The position numbers were made by a program, and so were the translations under genes. This document shows, one piece after another, positions 51,789-52,489 of a DNA stretch of 52,489 nt (its first letter is position 1; every line of letters begins with the position of its first letter). The notes below the pieces were generated by a model, which did not search any database, was not told the DNA's origin, and worked only from the letters and a program-made list of their open reading frames with translations. Source of the stretch: a virus (lineage: Duplodnaviria; Caudoviricetes); the IMG/VR virus record IMGVR_UViG_3300022752_000102, positions 1 through 52,489 of that record; one strand, written 5' to 3'.

Positions 51789-52489
51789 ATGCCCGATTAC
51801 TTCCCAGAGAATAACACGGCTCTTTGGTCGGACACGGAGGTCCGTAGCCTTCAGAAGATTGTTGATGGGATCGATGGGCTTTCAACAAGCATCATCGGAT
51901 CTTTTCCGACCGATGCATTTGGCCGGATCAAAACAGCCAATCCGCTTACCCTTTTTGATTCCAGTTTTCGATACAGGGACAACGGACTTTGGTCGACCTA
52001 CACTTCTGGAACAGCTTCTGCCACGTTTAACTCAAGTCAGGGTTTGATGGATTTGACGATCGGTTCGACTAATGGGGACGAAATTATCCGGGAGACAACC
52101 AGAGTATTTTCCTACCAACCGGGTAAGTCCTTAAACGTTCTCAACACGTTTGTGATGAACTCACCCAAAACCAATCTTCGGCAACGGATTGGATACTTTG
52201 GGGACGAAAACGGATACTACTTTGAGCAATCGGGAAATGGAGTGAGCTTTGTCGAGCGAACTTTTGTATCTGGGTCTGTGGCCGAAACCCCTGTTTACCA
52301 GGCTGATTGGAACGGGGACAAACTTGATGGTACCGGTGCGTCTGGGCTTACGCTTGATACGACCAAAGCCCAAATCTTTTGGATGGACATCGAGTGGCTT
52401 GGCGTCGGAAGCGTGCGTATAGGTTTTGTAATTGATGGAAAATTTATTCTATGTCACACATTCCACCACGCAAATCAGATTACTTCAAC
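51789..52489 (+). CDS. Putative virion structural protein, truncated by the window end
   Basis: Open frame MPDYFPENN...DAFGRIKTANPLTLFDSS...IRETTRVFSYQPGKS...RQRIGYFG...DIEWLGVGSVRIGF running off the edge; this pattern recalls a widespread aquatic phage protein. Confidence 0.75.
   Translation, partial: MPDYFPENNTALWSDTEVRSLQKIVDGIDGLSTSIIGSFPTDAFGRIKTANPLTLFDSSFRYRDNGLWSTYTSGTASATFNSSQGLMDLTIGSTNGDEIIRETTRVFSYQPGKSLNVLNTFVMNSPKTNLRQRIGYFGDENGYYFEQSGNGVSFVERTFVSGSVAETPVYQADWNGDKLDGTGASGLTLDTTKAQIFWMDIEWLGVGSVRIGFVIDGKFILCHTFHHANQITS

Overview
The window is most of the genome of a tailed dsDNA phage with podovirus-like architecture. The host is probably Gram-negative, because a lipoprotein/TM spanin-like gene is present. 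No integrase, repressor, tRNA or CRISPR array was recognised. The left arm (1-11456, minus strand) is a replication/early module: HtrA-like protease, primase-SF3 helicase, family A DNA polymerase, a dNTP diphosphohydrolase-like protein, putative SSB, a Cas4-like/DUF2800 exonuclease split over two ORFs, an SF2 helicase and a Holliday junction resolvase. The right arm (11520-end, plus strand) is a late module: terminase, portal, scaffold, major capsid protein with a structured ~220-nt leader, decoration proteins, an AT-rich glycosyltransferase island, lysis genes, fibres, tail tube and adaptor, ejection proteins, a 4238-aa polyvalent protein, a lysozyme and a cluster of small basic proteins. The most striking signals are two short peptide tags shared by unrelated proteins. 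(1) Five genes of the terminal cluster begin MPLG(K/S), each with different synonymous codons, and two more end in or near GLGK. (2) The C-terminal motif of the scaffold (LGFLDALERG) recurs at the C-termini of two unrelated proteins (MGMAEAVEKG, MGFVEAVEEG). Together these suggest a possibly undescribed address-label system for loading cargo proteins into the capsid. Family assignments come from motif recognition by eye; no database search was run.
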